Position numbers and translations under genes: made by a program. This document shows, piece after piece, positions 7,973-19,324 of a stretch of DNA of 24,803 nt (positions are counted from its first letter, which is position 1; each line of letters starts with the position of its first letter). Below the pieces are notes generated by a model. The model was not told the origin of the DNA. It did not search any database and was given only the letters and a program-made list of their open reading frames with translations. The stretch comes from Euryarchaeota archaeon UBA169. GTDB taxonomy: Archaea; Thermoplasmatota; Poseidoniia; MGIII; CG-Epi1. The stretch spans positions 1 to 24,803 of the forward strand of contig DAEH01000021.1 of the NCBI GenBank assembly GCA_002497685.1. Reading direction: 5' to 3'.

Positions 7973-8728
7973 GTGTTTAAAGCCAGAATTAAAGCAGATA
8001 GCCTGAAAGAATTTATCGGAACAGTAGGATCATTAGTCGATGAAGCAAAGATAAACGTTAGCGAAGAAGGGCTTCAAGTTAAAGCCGTGGATCCCTCGCA
8101 CGTGGCAATGATTGAAGCTAATCTTATGAAATCCGCCTTTGATAGTTTTGAAGTTAAAGATATTCAAATGGGTTTGGATATTGACAAATTCAAGAGTGTC
8201 ATGACCATGGCTGGAAAAGACGAAATGATTATATTGGAAAAGGATGACGAACTTAACAGACTTGTTGTCAATATAGGAAATTTAACAAGAGCTATGCCTT
8301 TGTTAGATACCTCAGGAATGCCAGATCCAAAAGTTCCCTCATTGGATTTACCAGCTACTGTTAGTGTAGCCTCTGGTGAGATTGCTCAAGGAATTAAAGC
8401 TTCTAAAGCAGTGTCAGACCATATAGCACTTTCAACATCGAAAGATAGCTTTAGATTAGTCTGTGAGGGCGATAACCAAAATAGAGTAGATTTATCTTTA
8501 GGAAAAGATCAACTCGAAAAATTAAGTTCTTCAGAAGATTGTACATCATTATTCTCTCTAGAATACTTTTCATTGATGGTTAATTCCCTTCCAGCGGATC
8601 GCATATTACATATTATGTTAGGTTCTGATCTGCCTGTCAAAATAGATGCCGACTTAGCAGTTGATGATGTCACTGGAGCTCAAGGTAATGTGAAGTTCCT
8701 TTTAGCGCCAAGAATAGATAGAGATTAG
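7973..8728 (+). CDS. pcn: PCNA sliding clamp
   Basis: MFKARI, AVDPSHVAM, MGLDIDK, SLFSLEY, FLLAPRI C-terminal motif; GTG start. Confidence 0.96.
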   Translation: MFKARIKADSLKEFIGTVGSLVDEAKINVSEEGLQVKAVDPSHVAMIEANLMKSAFDSFEVKDIQMGLDIDKFKSVMTMAGKDEMIILEKDDELNRLVVNIGNLTRAMPLLDTSGMPDPKVPSLDLPATVSVASGEIAQGIKASKAVSDHIALSTSKDSFRLVCEGDNQNRVDLSLGKDQLEKLSSSEDCTSLFSLEYFSLMVNSLPADRILHIMLGSDLPVKIDADLAVDDVTGAQGNVKFLLAPRIDRD

Positions 8729-10491
<1,763 letters not shown>

Positions 10492-10523
10492 TACTTTAAG
10501 TATGAGCGCCATTTTGCATATTT

Positions 10524-10760
10524 ATGTCTGAAAAGAAAAGTGATGCAATAGAGTCTCTTGGTTTAGACGAGGCATTAGCTGATTTAAAATTCTTAGCTCA
10601 GAAAGTTTCCGATATGTCCAAAGATTTAGCAAAGAAAGCCGTAGACAATGCGGAAGGCGTTACTGACAAAGTTGGTGATATAGTAGACTCAACAGGAGAT
10701 GCATTGATAATGGCAGGTGAAACTATCAAACAGACTAAAAAAATGTTTGATAAAGATTAG
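10524..10760 (+). CDS. Small hypothetical protein with 11-residue amphipathic repeats (78 aa)
   Basis: Fills the gap between hbd and the redoxin gene; TATA-like TTTAAGTA at 10495-10502, about 22 nt upstream; its stop overlaps the redoxin stop. Confidence 0.7.
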   Translation: MSEKKSDAIESLGLDEALADLKFLAQKVSDMSKDLAKKAVDNAEGVTDKVGDIVDSTGDALIMAGETIKQTKKMFDKD

Positions 10761-11302
10761 TTCTTCCACTTAATATTACAACCCATTGATGGCATCTGAG
10801 TAAATTCTATTTCATTATCATTTAGTGTACTGTCAATGGCCATTTTCAATTCTTCCCGGGTAACCTTATTGGGTTCTCTCCAATTATCATCGAGTCTTCC
10901 CCGATATCTTAATTTCCGGTTTCTATCATAGAGGAAAATATCTGGCGTACAAACGGCACTATATGCTTTTGCCACTTTCTGCGTTTCATCGAATAAATAT
11001 GGGAATGGATAATCTTTATTTTTAGATTGTTCAGCCATCCTTTCAGGAGAATCTGCAGGGTAGTTCTCAGCATCATTTGAACTAATTAGAACAAAGTCTA
11101 CAGTTTTACTATAAGCATTTCCTAATTCGATTATTCTATCCTCAACAGCCTTTGCATAAGGGCAGTGGTTGCAAGTAAATATAACGACAAGAACATTAGC
11201 CTTAAATTGTTCAATATCTACATATTCACCATCGGTACCGAGTAAATTAAAATGCGGGGCCTTGGAGCCTAAATTTACCATAGTTGATTCGGTTAATGCC
11301 AT
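10757..11302 (-). CDS. AhpC/TSA-type thioredoxin-fold redoxin
   Basis: APHFNL, FTCNHCPY CxxC, SND...YP.DS, YLFDETQ.VA.AY.A.CTPD, YRGRLDD, GCNIKW. Confidence 0.9.
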   Translation of the reverse strand: MALTESTMVNLGSKAPHFNLLGTDGEYVDIEQFKANVLVVIFTCNHCPYAKAVEDRIIELGNAYSKTVDFVLISSNDAENYPADSPERMAEQSKNKDYPFPYLFDETQKVAKAYSAVCTPDIFLYDRNRKLRYRGRLDDNWREPNKVTREELKMAIDSTLNDNEIEFTQMPSMGCNIKWKN

Positions 11303-11365
11303 GTATTCCCATTGAAAGAGGGCTTAAGAGTATTTCTTTTAAACCATGCTAAGTAACGTGATATC
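11303..11365. promoter_or_regulatory. Divergent, probably leaderless promoters for redoxin and phosphohexomutase
   Basis: TTTTAAAC (11337-11344) about 22 nt before ATG 11366; weaker CTTAAG (11323-11328) about 21 nt before ATG 11302 on the minus strand; no SD motifs. Confidence 0.4.
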
Positions 11366-12757
11366 ATGAAGGCCACAGAAGATATATTTCGAGCATATGA
11401 TATTCGTGGAGTTTACGGAGAAGAATTAGATGCAGAGATTGGGGAAAGAGTAGGTTTAGCATTTGGTAATTATCTAAAGAAGTTGCACGAAACTGGCAAG
11501 ATATCTATAGGTTGTGATGCTCGCGTTAGCTCTCCAGAGCTTCAAATGGCCGTATCAAAAGGAGTTTCTAAGGCCGGTTTTGACGTGGATATTATTGGAA
11601 TGGTTCCAATACCTGTGGCAAACTATTTTACATGGAAATCCAACCTTAAATCTGAAGAGTATGTTGCAGGCGTTTACATAACTGCAAGTCACAATCCAGC
11701 GGAATACAATGGCATAAGATTCCGACATCCTGATGGAACTGGATTCACAGAAGGTAACGTAGAAATTAAAAGGATATTTTTTGAAGATGAATTACTTGAA
11801 GAGGGTGCTGGGAATATTAGCGAATTATCTTCTGAGAAAGTTTTAGAAGACTATATTGATTTTGTTTCCACAAAGGTTGGTAATTTGAATGGCATTAAGG
11901 TAGCTTTAGATCCGGGAAACGGAGTTGGTTGTGTTGTGGTAGATCGTATTTTTAAAAAATTAGGCGCTGAAACTTTTAGTATAAACAACACTCCAGATGG
12001 AACTTTTCCGAACCGGCCATCTGAGCCTGCACCTAAAAATCTTGGAGATTTAATAGATGTCATGGATAATGGAGATTTTGATTTCGCGGTGGCGTTTGAT
12101 GGAGACTCAGACAGGTGTGTTTTCATAGATGAGGAATCAAATCCAGTTTCAGCTGAGAAAATAGGAATAATTGTTTCAAAAGGTTTGATTACACCAGATT
12201 CCAATAAAGTGTTGGCAGGTGTCCCTTGTTCAATGATTTTAGAAACTGAAATACCCAAAATTGGAGGTGAATTAATTTGGATAAGAGTTGGAGATGTTTT
12301 TGTTTGTGAAGAATTGAAAAAACATAATGCAGCTATTGCAATGGAGATTTCAGCCCACTTTTTCGCTCCGGGTTTAACTGAATTTATTTTTGATGATCCT
12401 ATTATATTTAGCTTGAAATTAGCTGAATTTATTAGTAATTCGCCAAAATCTCTAGGAGACTTCTCTAAAGAAATTCCTTCGTATCCTTATGAAGAGTTAA
12501 AGTTCAAATGTCCTGATTCTATAAAATTTAAAGTTAATAACGATTTGGAAACGACTTTCACCGAAATGGGCTATAAAGTTGAGACCATTGACGGCGTTAA
12601 GATTTGGCTAGATGGTGGTTGGGTTCTCTTAAGACCATCTAATACTCAACCAGTCATTCGCATGTTTGTAGAGGCTACAGATAACAAGAGATTAATAGAG
12701 ATAAAGAATGAATTTCAGGCTTTTTTCGATAAATCTGTAGAAAAATTTATTGATTGA
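11366..12757 (+). CDS. Phosphomannomutase/phosphoglucomutase (alpha-D-phosphohexomutase)
   Basis: IFRAYDIRG, ITASHNP (phospho-Ser), FDGDSDR metal loop, DG......GWVLLRPSNTQP.IR. Confidence 0.94.
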   Translation: MKATEDIFRAYDIRGVYGEELDAEIGERVGLAFGNYLKKLHETGKISIGCDARVSSPELQMAVSKGVSKAGFDVDIIGMVPIPVANYFTWKSNLKSEEYVAGVYITASHNPAEYNGIRFRHPDGTGFTEGNVEIKRIFFEDELLEEGAGNISELSSEKVLEDYIDFVSTKVGNLNGIKVALDPGNGVGCVVVDRIFKKLGAETFSINNTPDGTFPNRPSEPAPKNLGDLIDVMDNGDFDFAVAFDGDSDRCVFIDEESNPVSAEKIGIIVSKGLITPDSNKVLAGVPCSMILETEIPKIGGELIWIRVGDVFVCEELKKHNAAIAMEISAHFFAPGLTEFIFDDPIIFSLKLAEFISNSPKSLGDFSKEIPSYPYEELKFKCPDSIKFKVNNDLETTFTEMGYKVETIDGVKIWLDGGWVLLRPSNTQPVIRMFVEATDNKRLIEIKNEFQAFFDKSVEKFID

Positions 12758-13526
12758 TGAATTAAGTGTTCCCACAACTGTCACTATTTTATTTATAATA
12801 GTAGTCAGTTTTTCATTATCTTTTTATGCCAATTATTCAAAGGTTTTGGATAAAGGAGGTTCAGTTTTAGCATTCTTGATTTGCTTTGTATCTGGTGTAT
12901 TCGGACATTGGAGTTGGCTATTAATTTTGTTGATTTTTGTAGGTAGTTCATTTTTGGCTACTAGATTTGCTATAGTATACAAGAAGGCTTTAGGTGTTGA
13001 GGAAAGCGACGAAGGAACTCGTGGAGGTTCTAATGTAATTTCAAACGGAATAGTACCTCCGCTAATCGCTTTAGCATATAGTTTTGATTTATTGACGCCT
13101 GAACAAGCCTTGGTAGCCTTTACAACTTCTATGGCTGCAGCCAGTGCAGATACGATGGCTAGCGAAATAGGAGTGCTTTCTCCTTCTCCTGTTTTAATAA
13201 CTAATCCAAGAAAAATTGTGGAACCTGGCGTTGACGGTGGCGTCTCATTTGAGGGTCTAACTGCTTCTTTTCTATCTGCAGTGTCCATATCAATGCTGTC
13301 TTATGCTGGTTTTCTTGTCTTAATTGAAGATAATCATCCTTTTTCTTCATCAATTGAACTAAATCATTTATTCATATCAGTTTTCTTTGGATTTTTTGGT
13401 AGTATATTGGATTCATTTCTCGGAGCAACTATGCAAAACCGAGGTTTTCTTTCAAATAATGGGGTGAATTTGGCATCTATATCTATTTCTGTGTTATTAT
13501 CATTGTTTTTTCTTGCGATTTTATAG
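12750..13526 (+). CDS. DUF92 (TMEM19/VTE6-like) integral membrane protein
   Basis: Multiple TM segments; K...G..E...G.RG..NV..NG, AAASADTMASEIG, PGVDGGVS.EG, G..LDS.LGATMQ, NN.VN; TTG start, 8-bp overlap with the mutase. Confidence 0.88.
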   Translation: MIDELSVPTTVTILFIIVVSFSLSFYANYSKVLDKGGSVLAFLICFVSGVFGHWSWLLILLIFVGSSFLATRFAIVYKKALGVEESDEGTRGGSNVISNGIVPPLIALAYSFDLLTPEQALVAFTTSMAAASADTMASEIGVLSPSPVLITNPRKIVEPGVDGGVSFEGLTASFLSAVSISMLSYAGFLVLIEDNHPFSSSIELNHLFISVFFGFFGSILDSFLGATMQNRGFLSNNGVNLASISISVLLSLFFLAIL

Positions 13527-13540
13527 GTTTTAGGCCTAAT

Positions 13541-13550
13541 TTTTATATAT
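13541..13550 (+). promoter_or_regulatory. TATA box of thermosome gene
   Basis: TTTTATATAT about 28 nt upstream of ATG 13579. Confidence 0.55.
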
Positions 13551-13578
13551 TGTCTCCTTGACTTGTGAAATGATATAA

Positions 13579-15219
13579 ATGTTACCAGGAAATCAACCCG
13601 TTGTAATTTTAAAGGAAGGAACGCAAAGAGATAGTGGCAAAAAAGCGACTCACAATAATATTGCTGCAGCAAAGGCTATTGCAGAAGCAGTAAGGTCCAC
13701 TCTAGGGCCAAAAGGCATGGATAAAATGCTCGTAGATTCAATGGGGGATGTAATTATAACAAATGATGGAGTTACAATATTGAAAGAGGTTGAGGTCCAA
13801 CATCCAGCCGCTAAGATGATTGTTGAAATTGCAAAAACTCAAGACTCAGAGTGCGGCGATGGTACAACGACTGCTGTAATTTTAGCAGGTGAGCTTCTAA
13901 AAAATGCAGAAGAGTTAATGGATAAGGGAGTACATCCTACAGCAATTTCGAATGGTTACAGAAGGGCATCAAATGAATCATTAGATTTGCTTAACAAAAT
14001 ATCAAGATCAGTTAGTCGCTCAGATGTAAAGACACTCAAATCAATAGCCATTACTTCAATGACAGGTAAATCTTCAGAAGCCAATGCTGAGTTCTTGGCA
14101 GATTTAACTGTAAATTCAATTAAGGCAGTTGCTGAAAAAGTGGATAAGCGTGTTGAAGTTAATCGCTCAAATATTAAAATCCAAAAGAAACAAGGTGGAT
14201 CCATATCAGATACAGAACAGGTTTCAGGAATAATTATGGATAAGGAACCAGTTCACACGGATATGCCTAAAAGTGTAAAGAAAGCTAAAGTTGCACTAGT
14301 GGATGCGCCACTTGAAATAAAAAAGACTGAGATTGAATCTAAGATACAAATTAATGACCCTTCACAAATCCAAGCTTTTTTGGATCAAGAGGAGTCAACT
14401 ATTAAGAAAATGGTAGATACAATCGTAAAGTCAGGGGCAAATGTATTGATTTGCCAGAAAGGTATTGATGACTTAGCACAGCATTTTTTGGCGAAAAATA
14501 ATATTATGGCAATTCGAAGAGCAAAGAAATCAGATATTGATGCTTTGTCCAAGGCTACTGGTGGTCGCGTTATATCTAACATAGATTCAATGAATAAAAA
14601 GGATCTTGGTTTTGCAGGATTAGTTGAAGTTAGAAAAATAGGCGATGATGATATGACTTTTGTAACAGATTGCAAGAATCCTAAGGCAGTTAGTATTTTA
14701 GTTCGTGCAGGTAGCGAGCACGTTGCCGATGAAATAGAGCGAAATCTTGATGATGCAATTGGTGTAGTTTCATTAGTGTTTAAAGATGGTAAGATAGTAA
14801 CAGGAGGTGGCGCAGCCGAAATTGAACTGGCCTTAAAATTAAGAAAGTATGCGCCAAGAGTAGGAGGTCGAGAGCAAATGGCCATCGAAGCTTTTGCGAA
14901 TGCTATTGAAGTTGTGCCAAGTACTTTGGCTGAGAATGCAGGTTTAGATGTGATTGACACATTAATGGGATTAAGAAAATCGCATACAAAAAAAGGAAGG
15001 AATCAGCATGCAGGTCTTGATGCTTTTACTGGTAAAGTAGTTAATATGCAATCAAGAAATGTTGTTGAGCCATTGAGAGTTAAAACACAAGCAGTTAGTA
15101 GTGCTACAGATGTTGCAACCATGATATTACGAATAGATGATGTTATAGCATCAAAACAGCCCGAAGGACCAGAACCAGATGGTAGTGATGGTATGGGCGG
15201 AATGCCAGGCATGATGTAA
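13579..15219 (+). CDS. ths: Thermosome (group II chaperonin) subunit
   Basis: [44 protein letters not shown]-rich C-terminus. Confidence 0.97.
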   Translation: MLPGNQPVVILKEGTQRDSGKKATHNNIAAAKAIAEAVRSTLGPKGMDKMLVDSMGDVIITNDGVTILKEVEVQHPAAKMIVEIAKTQDSECGDGTTTAVILAGELLKNAEELMDKGVHPTAISNGYRRASNESLDLLNKISRSVSRSDVKTLKSIAITSMTGKSSEANAEFLADLTVNSIKAVAEKVDKRVEVNRSNIKIQKKQGGSISDTEQVSGIIMDKEPVHTDMPKSVKKAKVALVDAPLEIKKTEIESKIQINDPSQIQAFLDQEESTIKKMVDTIVKSGANVLICQKGIDDLAQHFLAKNNIMAIRRAKKSDIDALSKATGGRVISNIDSMNKKDLGFAGLVEVRKIGDDDMTFVTDCKNPKAVSILVRAGSEHVADEIERNLDDAIGVVSLVFKDGKIVTGGGAAEIELALKLRKYAPRVGGREQMAIEAFANAIEVVPSTLAENAGLDVIDTLMGLRKSHTKKGRNQHAGLDAFTGKVVNMQSRNVVEPLRVKTQAVSSATDVATMILRIDDVIASKQPEGPEPDGSDGMGGMPGMM

Positions 15220-15221
15220 CT

Positions 15222-17882
15222 TTAGTTTCTAGAAGGTTCAGGAGCATCGGGATTTATATCTAAACTATTCAAAGCTTTTTTAGCTTTATTTTCAGACATT
15301 TTACCTTCTCTCAATAGAGAGCTTATTGCGGCGGCAGCAATGTATTGGTCATTAATTTCAAAATACTTTCTCAGATTTTCTCTAGTATCACTTCTCCCGA
15401 AGCCATCAGTTCCTAGAGTGGTGTAATTTCCAGGAATCCAAGTTCTAATCATATCTGGTATTGCTTTCATGTGGTCCGTAGCTGCAACGGTTGTAAGGTC
15501 TTTGTTTTTCATAATTTTGCTGATGTATGGGACTTTAGCTTTTTTCAAAGGATTCAGATTATTCCATCTCTCACATTCTATAGCTTCTCTTCTCAAACCA
15601 CCAAAGCTTGTTGCACTCCAAATCTCACATTTTATTCCAAAATTATTCAATATTTTTTCAGCCTTTAAAATTTGCTGCATGATGGGGCCACTTCCGATCA
15701 ATCGAACTTGAGCTTTCGTTGAACTTTTAAATTTATAAATTCCTTTTAGCACTCCTTCTTCACAATTTTTTGGCATTGAGGGCATAGAGTAATTTTCATT
15801 GTATAATGTAAGATAGTAAAAGATATCTTCATTATTATCATACATTCTTCTTAGCCCTTCTTTTATTATGATTCCAATTTCATAGGCAAAAGCGGCATCA
15901 TATGACAAACAATTAGGGACTGTAGTGGATGTCAAAAGGCTGTGTCCATCTTGATGTTGTAGACCTTCACCATTAAGTGTCGTTCTTCCAGCAGTTGCAC
16001 CTAACAAGAAGCCTTTTGTCCTTGAGTCCGCAGCACACCATATTTGATCACCTACTCTTTGAAATCCGAACATTGAATAATAGATATAAAACGGAATTGT
16101 TGGTTTTCCTACAGTTGAATAGGCCATACCTGCTGCAGTAAAGCTACTCATTGCTCCAGCTTCAGATATGCCTTCTTCTAGAATCTGGCCGCTTTCAGAT
16201 TCTTTATAACTTAATAATAATTGCGAATCAACAGGCGTATAAATTTGCCCTTGAGCATTATATATTTTGAATTCTGTAAATAGTGCCTCCATTCCAAATG
16301 TTCGAGCTTCATCAGGTACAATAGGAACTACCAAATTTCCTAGTTTGTCATCTTTCATTAGGTTTCTCAATAATCTTACAAAAGCCATTGTGGTTGAAAC
16401 TTCTTGCCCTTTAGGAGTTCCTTTATCAAATTCAGTAAAACATTTATTTTTTGGCATAGTAAATCCACTGTAGGTACTATTTCGTGTTGGAAGATATCCT
16501 CCTAATTTTTGACGCCTATCCTTAAGGTATTTGATTTCCTCACTGTCAGAAGATGGCATGTAGTAAGGCATTTCTTCAAGTTCAGAATCTGTAAAAGGTA
16601 TTTCTAATAAATCTCTAAAGTAACCCCAGTCCGATTTTTCTAAAGATTTTTTCTGATGTGTCATATTTCGAGCCTCAAATCCTTTACCAAGGGCCCATCC
16701 TTTGACTGTTTTAGCCAGAACTACAGACGGTTGTCCTTTGTGCTTTGTAGCTTCGTTATAAGCTGAAAATAATTTTACAGAATCATGACCTCCTCTTCTA
16801 AGTTTAGTTAGTGATTTGTCATCTAAATGTTTCACAAGTTGCTTCAATTCATCTTCAGGTCCAAAAAAGTTTTCGCGAATATAATCGCCTTTGGAAGCAG
16901 CTAGATTCTGATAATCTCCATCTACTGTATTTTCCATTTTACGTAATAGATAGCCCATTTCATCATTTTGTAAAAGTTTATCCCAGTCTCTTCCCCAAAG
17001 GACTTTCAAAACATTCCATCCCGATCCCCTAAAAATCGCTTCAAGTTCTTGAACTATTTTCCCATTTCCTCTAACTGGACCGTCTAAACGCTGAAGATTA
17101 CAATTAATAACAAAAGTTAAATTGTCCAATTTTTCACGGTGTGCTAAATGGAGAGCATGTAATGTTTCAGGTTCATCACATTCACCATCGCCTAGGAAGG
17201 CCCATACACGACTATTGGAAGTGTCTGCAATTCCTCTCTCATGTAAGTAACGAAGAAATCTGGCATGATAAATGGCGTTGGTTGGGCCAAGCCCCATAGA
17301 TACCGTTGGAAATTCCCAGAAATTAGGCATAAGTCTTGGATGTGGGTAACTAGACAATCCCTTTGTGAAAGCTTCTCTTCTGAAATGATCAAGTTGTTTA
17401 CTATCTAGTCTTCCCTCAAGAAAGGCTCTGGAATATATTCCCGGTGAAGAATGTCCTTGGTAATAAATAAAATCTCCAATTCCATTATCTTTACCTTTAA
17501 AGAAATGGTTGAATCCGACTTCATATAAACTAGCTGCAGAGGCGTATGTTGAAATATGGCCGCCTAAACCTGCAAAATTCTTATTTGCTTTGGAAACCAT
17601 CATTGCTGCATTCCACCTAATTATTCTCCTAATCTTTTTTTCGATGACTTCATCACCAGGATATTCGGGTTCAGCTTCAGGAGGTATTGTGTTGATATAA
17701 GGACTATTTGTAAGTAAAGGAATGGATATATTTCTTGTTCTTGCTTCCCTTATTAAAGTTTGTAAAAGATATCTAGCTCTTTCTTCTCCTTTTAAATCAA
17801 TAATGGCTGCAATTGATTCTATCCATTCTTCAGTTTCCTGTGGGTCTCTGTCAGGCAATTGTTGCCGATATCCTTTATCCAT
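15222..17882 (-). CDS. aceE: Pyruvate dehydrogenase E1, homodimeric AceE type
   Basis: DPQETEEW, GGHISTYAS, YYQGHSSPGIY, SYPHP.LMP.FWEFPTVSMGLGP, GDGECDEPE..N TPP motif, NLQRLDGPV, PDEARTFGME, EEGISEAG, YSMFGFQR, GEGLQHQDG, GTDGFGRSD; 886 aa; SD GAGG upstream. Confidence 0.96.
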   Translation of the reverse strand: MDKGYRQQLPDRDPQETEEWIESIAAIIDLKGEERARYLLQTLIREARTRNISIPLLTNSPYINTIPPEAEPEYPGDEVIEKKIRRIIRWNAAMMVSKANKNFAGLGGHISTYASAASLYEVGFNHFFKGKDNGIGDFIYYQGHSSPGIYSRAFLEGRLDSKQLDHFRREAFTKGLSSYPHPRLMPNFWEFPTVSMGLGPTNAIYHARFLRYLHERGIADTSNSRVWAFLGDGECDEPETLHALHLAHREKLDNLTFVINCNLQRLDGPVRGNGKIVQELEAIFRGSGWNVLKVLWGRDWDKLLQNDEMGYLLRKMENTVDGDYQNLAASKGDYIRENFFGPEDELKQLVKHLDDKSLTKLRRGGHDSVKLFSAYNEATKHKGQPSVVLAKTVKGWALGKGFEARNMTHQKKSLEKSDWGYFRDLLEIPFTDSELEEMPYYMPSSDSEEIKYLKDRRQKLGGYLPTRNSTYSGFTMPKNKCFTEFDKGTPKGQEVSTTMAFVRLLRNLMKDDKLGNLVVPIVPDEARTFGMEALFTEFKIYNAQGQIYTPVDSQLLLSYKESESGQILEEGISEAGAMSSFTAAGMAYSTVGKPTIPFYIYYSMFGFQRVGDQIWCAADSRTKGFLLGATAGRTTLNGEGLQHQDGHSLLTSTTVPNCLSYDAAFAYEIGIIIKEGLRRMYDNNEDIFYYLTLYNENYSMPSMPKNCEEGVLKGIYKFKSSTKAQVRLIGSGPIMQQILKAEKILNNFGIKCEIWSATSFGGLRREAIECERWNNLNPLKKAKVPYISKIMKNKDLTTVAATDHMKAIPDMIRTWIPGNYTTLGTDGFGRSDTRENLRKYFEINDQYIAAAAISSLLREGKMSENKAKKALNSLDINPDAPEPSRN

Positions 17883-17898
17883 TATTTTTTCCTCTTAA

Positions 17899-18966
17899 TT
17901 AGTTTGTAGTGATGTGTTTATTTAACTCTTTTTTATTGTTTCGCTCGACGTTATGAATGTAAGACAATAGTAGTGGAAAATAAACCGATGCTTCTCCCCA
18001 AATCATGATTTCTTCCATTTCACGATCATTTTTACCCCAAGATATGGCTTCACTAAGCGTAGAACCCGATAGTCCTCCGTCTCTAGAATCTGCAGTGCTT
18101 ATTTGAATTCCAAATTTATGTTTATTTACATTGTAGCCGAGCATTTCGGCCATAACAACAGAATCCTGCGAATAGTTCTTAGGTACTCCACCACCGATTA
18201 TGACAATTCCAGAATCTCCACAAATATTTTTCATCATTGCAATTTCTCGTAAGTCTTTGATAGAATCAATACAGATGCCTCCGTTAGATTCAGCTTGGTT
18301 CATTGCTAATCCAATACCTATAGAGCAATCATTTATTGCAGGAATAAAAATAGGAACATTCATTTCGTAAGCAGCTAACATAACACTATCACTTGCTCCC
18401 TCAGCATTTGATAACCATTTACCACATTCCAGCATGAATTCTCTGCTAGAATAATTTCCTGAAGACATTTGTTTAGCAATTTTTTGATATGTTAAATCGA
18501 CGTGTTGTAATTCTAATTCATCTAATAGATGGTCGTATATTCTGTCAATTAGTAAGCTTTGTAAGAGACTATCATTTTCAGTACTTTTTTGTGCATAATG
18601 TTTGTAACCTAATGCCTCAAGCATGTCTTGTTCAAATAAAGCTCCGGTACAGACTAGACAATCTACAAGATTTTTCCGAACAGAATCTATAACAAGCTCC
18701 CGGAGGCCGGCACTAAACAGGCTTCCGGCTAGAGACCAAATAATTGTAGTTTCTTCTTCAAGTTCTTTTCTATAAAGCTTAGCACCTTCCCCCAATTTCC
18801 TAGCTTGAAAACTAGTCTTGCTAAATGACTCTATTAATGAGTTCATGTTTCCAATTTCACTGAATTTTATAGGCTCTATTTCATCGGCTAATATTTTATT
18901 TCTTTGAAGTAATTGTTCATGAGTGAAATTATACGTTGGTTTATCAGGGAATGTGACCTTATTCAT
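17899..18966 (-). CDS. Deoxyhypusine-synthase-family protein, bacterial SpeY-like subtype
   Basis: SF.AR.LG, LAGSL.SAG, TGA...QD..EALG.KHY, IDRIYD, YSSREF, GGGVPKN, DGGLSGSTL.EA.SWGK (catalytic Lys retained). Confidence 0.85.
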   Translation of the reverse strand: MNKVTFPDKPTYNFTHEQLLQRNKILADEIEPIKFSEIGNMNSLIESFSKTSFQARKLGEGAKLYRKELEEETTIIWSLAGSLFSAGLRELVIDSVRKNLVDCLVCTGALFEQDMLEALGYKHYAQKSTENDSLLQSLLIDRIYDHLLDELELQHVDLTYQKIAKQMSSGNYSSREFMLECGKWLSNAEGASDSVMLAAYEMNVPIFIPAINDCSIGIGLAMNQAESNGGICIDSIKDLREIAMMKNICGDSGIVIIGGGVPKNYSQDSVVMAEMLGYNVNKHKFGIQISTADSRDGGLSGSTLSEAISWGKNDREMEEIMIWGEASVYFPLLLSYIHNVERNNKKELNKHITTN

Positions 18967-19324
18967 TGTCTAACTCCGTCATAATTAGTTTATTCTTTTC
19001 TCTTATTCGTAGTGCATTTATTTTTTCTTTTTTTAAGCAATTTAATATTTCTCTATCGTTCGTAGCAATAAGATATCCCTTTTTTGCAGAACTTATTAAT
19101 AAATCATCAGCATATCCTTCTCCTATATCCACACTCTCTATTTTGTTACAAAATGAAAGTGCAGCAAGACTTTGTCTACTATTTAGTTTTTTTAATTCAT
19201 CCAAAACACATGTAGGAATCATAATTTTGTATCCTGGTGCTACAGAAATAATGGCTTCTCTAAAATCAATCCCTCCATTAAATGTCCACAATATAATATT
19301 TGTATCAGGTAATACTATATTCAT
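18959..19324 (-). CDS. PIN-domain protein (Fcf1/Utp24-like, conserved next to aIF2gamma)
   Basis: DTN, VLDEL, YADD, IATND acidic PIN tetrad; ATGA overlap with aIF2gamma. Confidence 0.88.
   Translation of the reverse strand: MNIVLPDTNIILWTFNGGIDFREAIISVAPGYKIMIPTCVLDELKKLNSRQSLAALSFCNKIESVDIGEGYADDLLISSAKKGYLIATNDREILNCLKKEKINALRIREKNKLIMTELDNE

Noticed and set aside
13530-13539. 10-bp palindrome TTAGGCCTAA just upstream of the thermosome TATA (possible heat-shock regulator site)
   Set aside because: Short enough to occur by chance in the window's intergenic DNA, and I cannot match it to a known operator.
15160-15219. GGM/Pro-rich low-complexity thermosome tail
   Set aside because: Ordinary chaperonin C-terminal feature.
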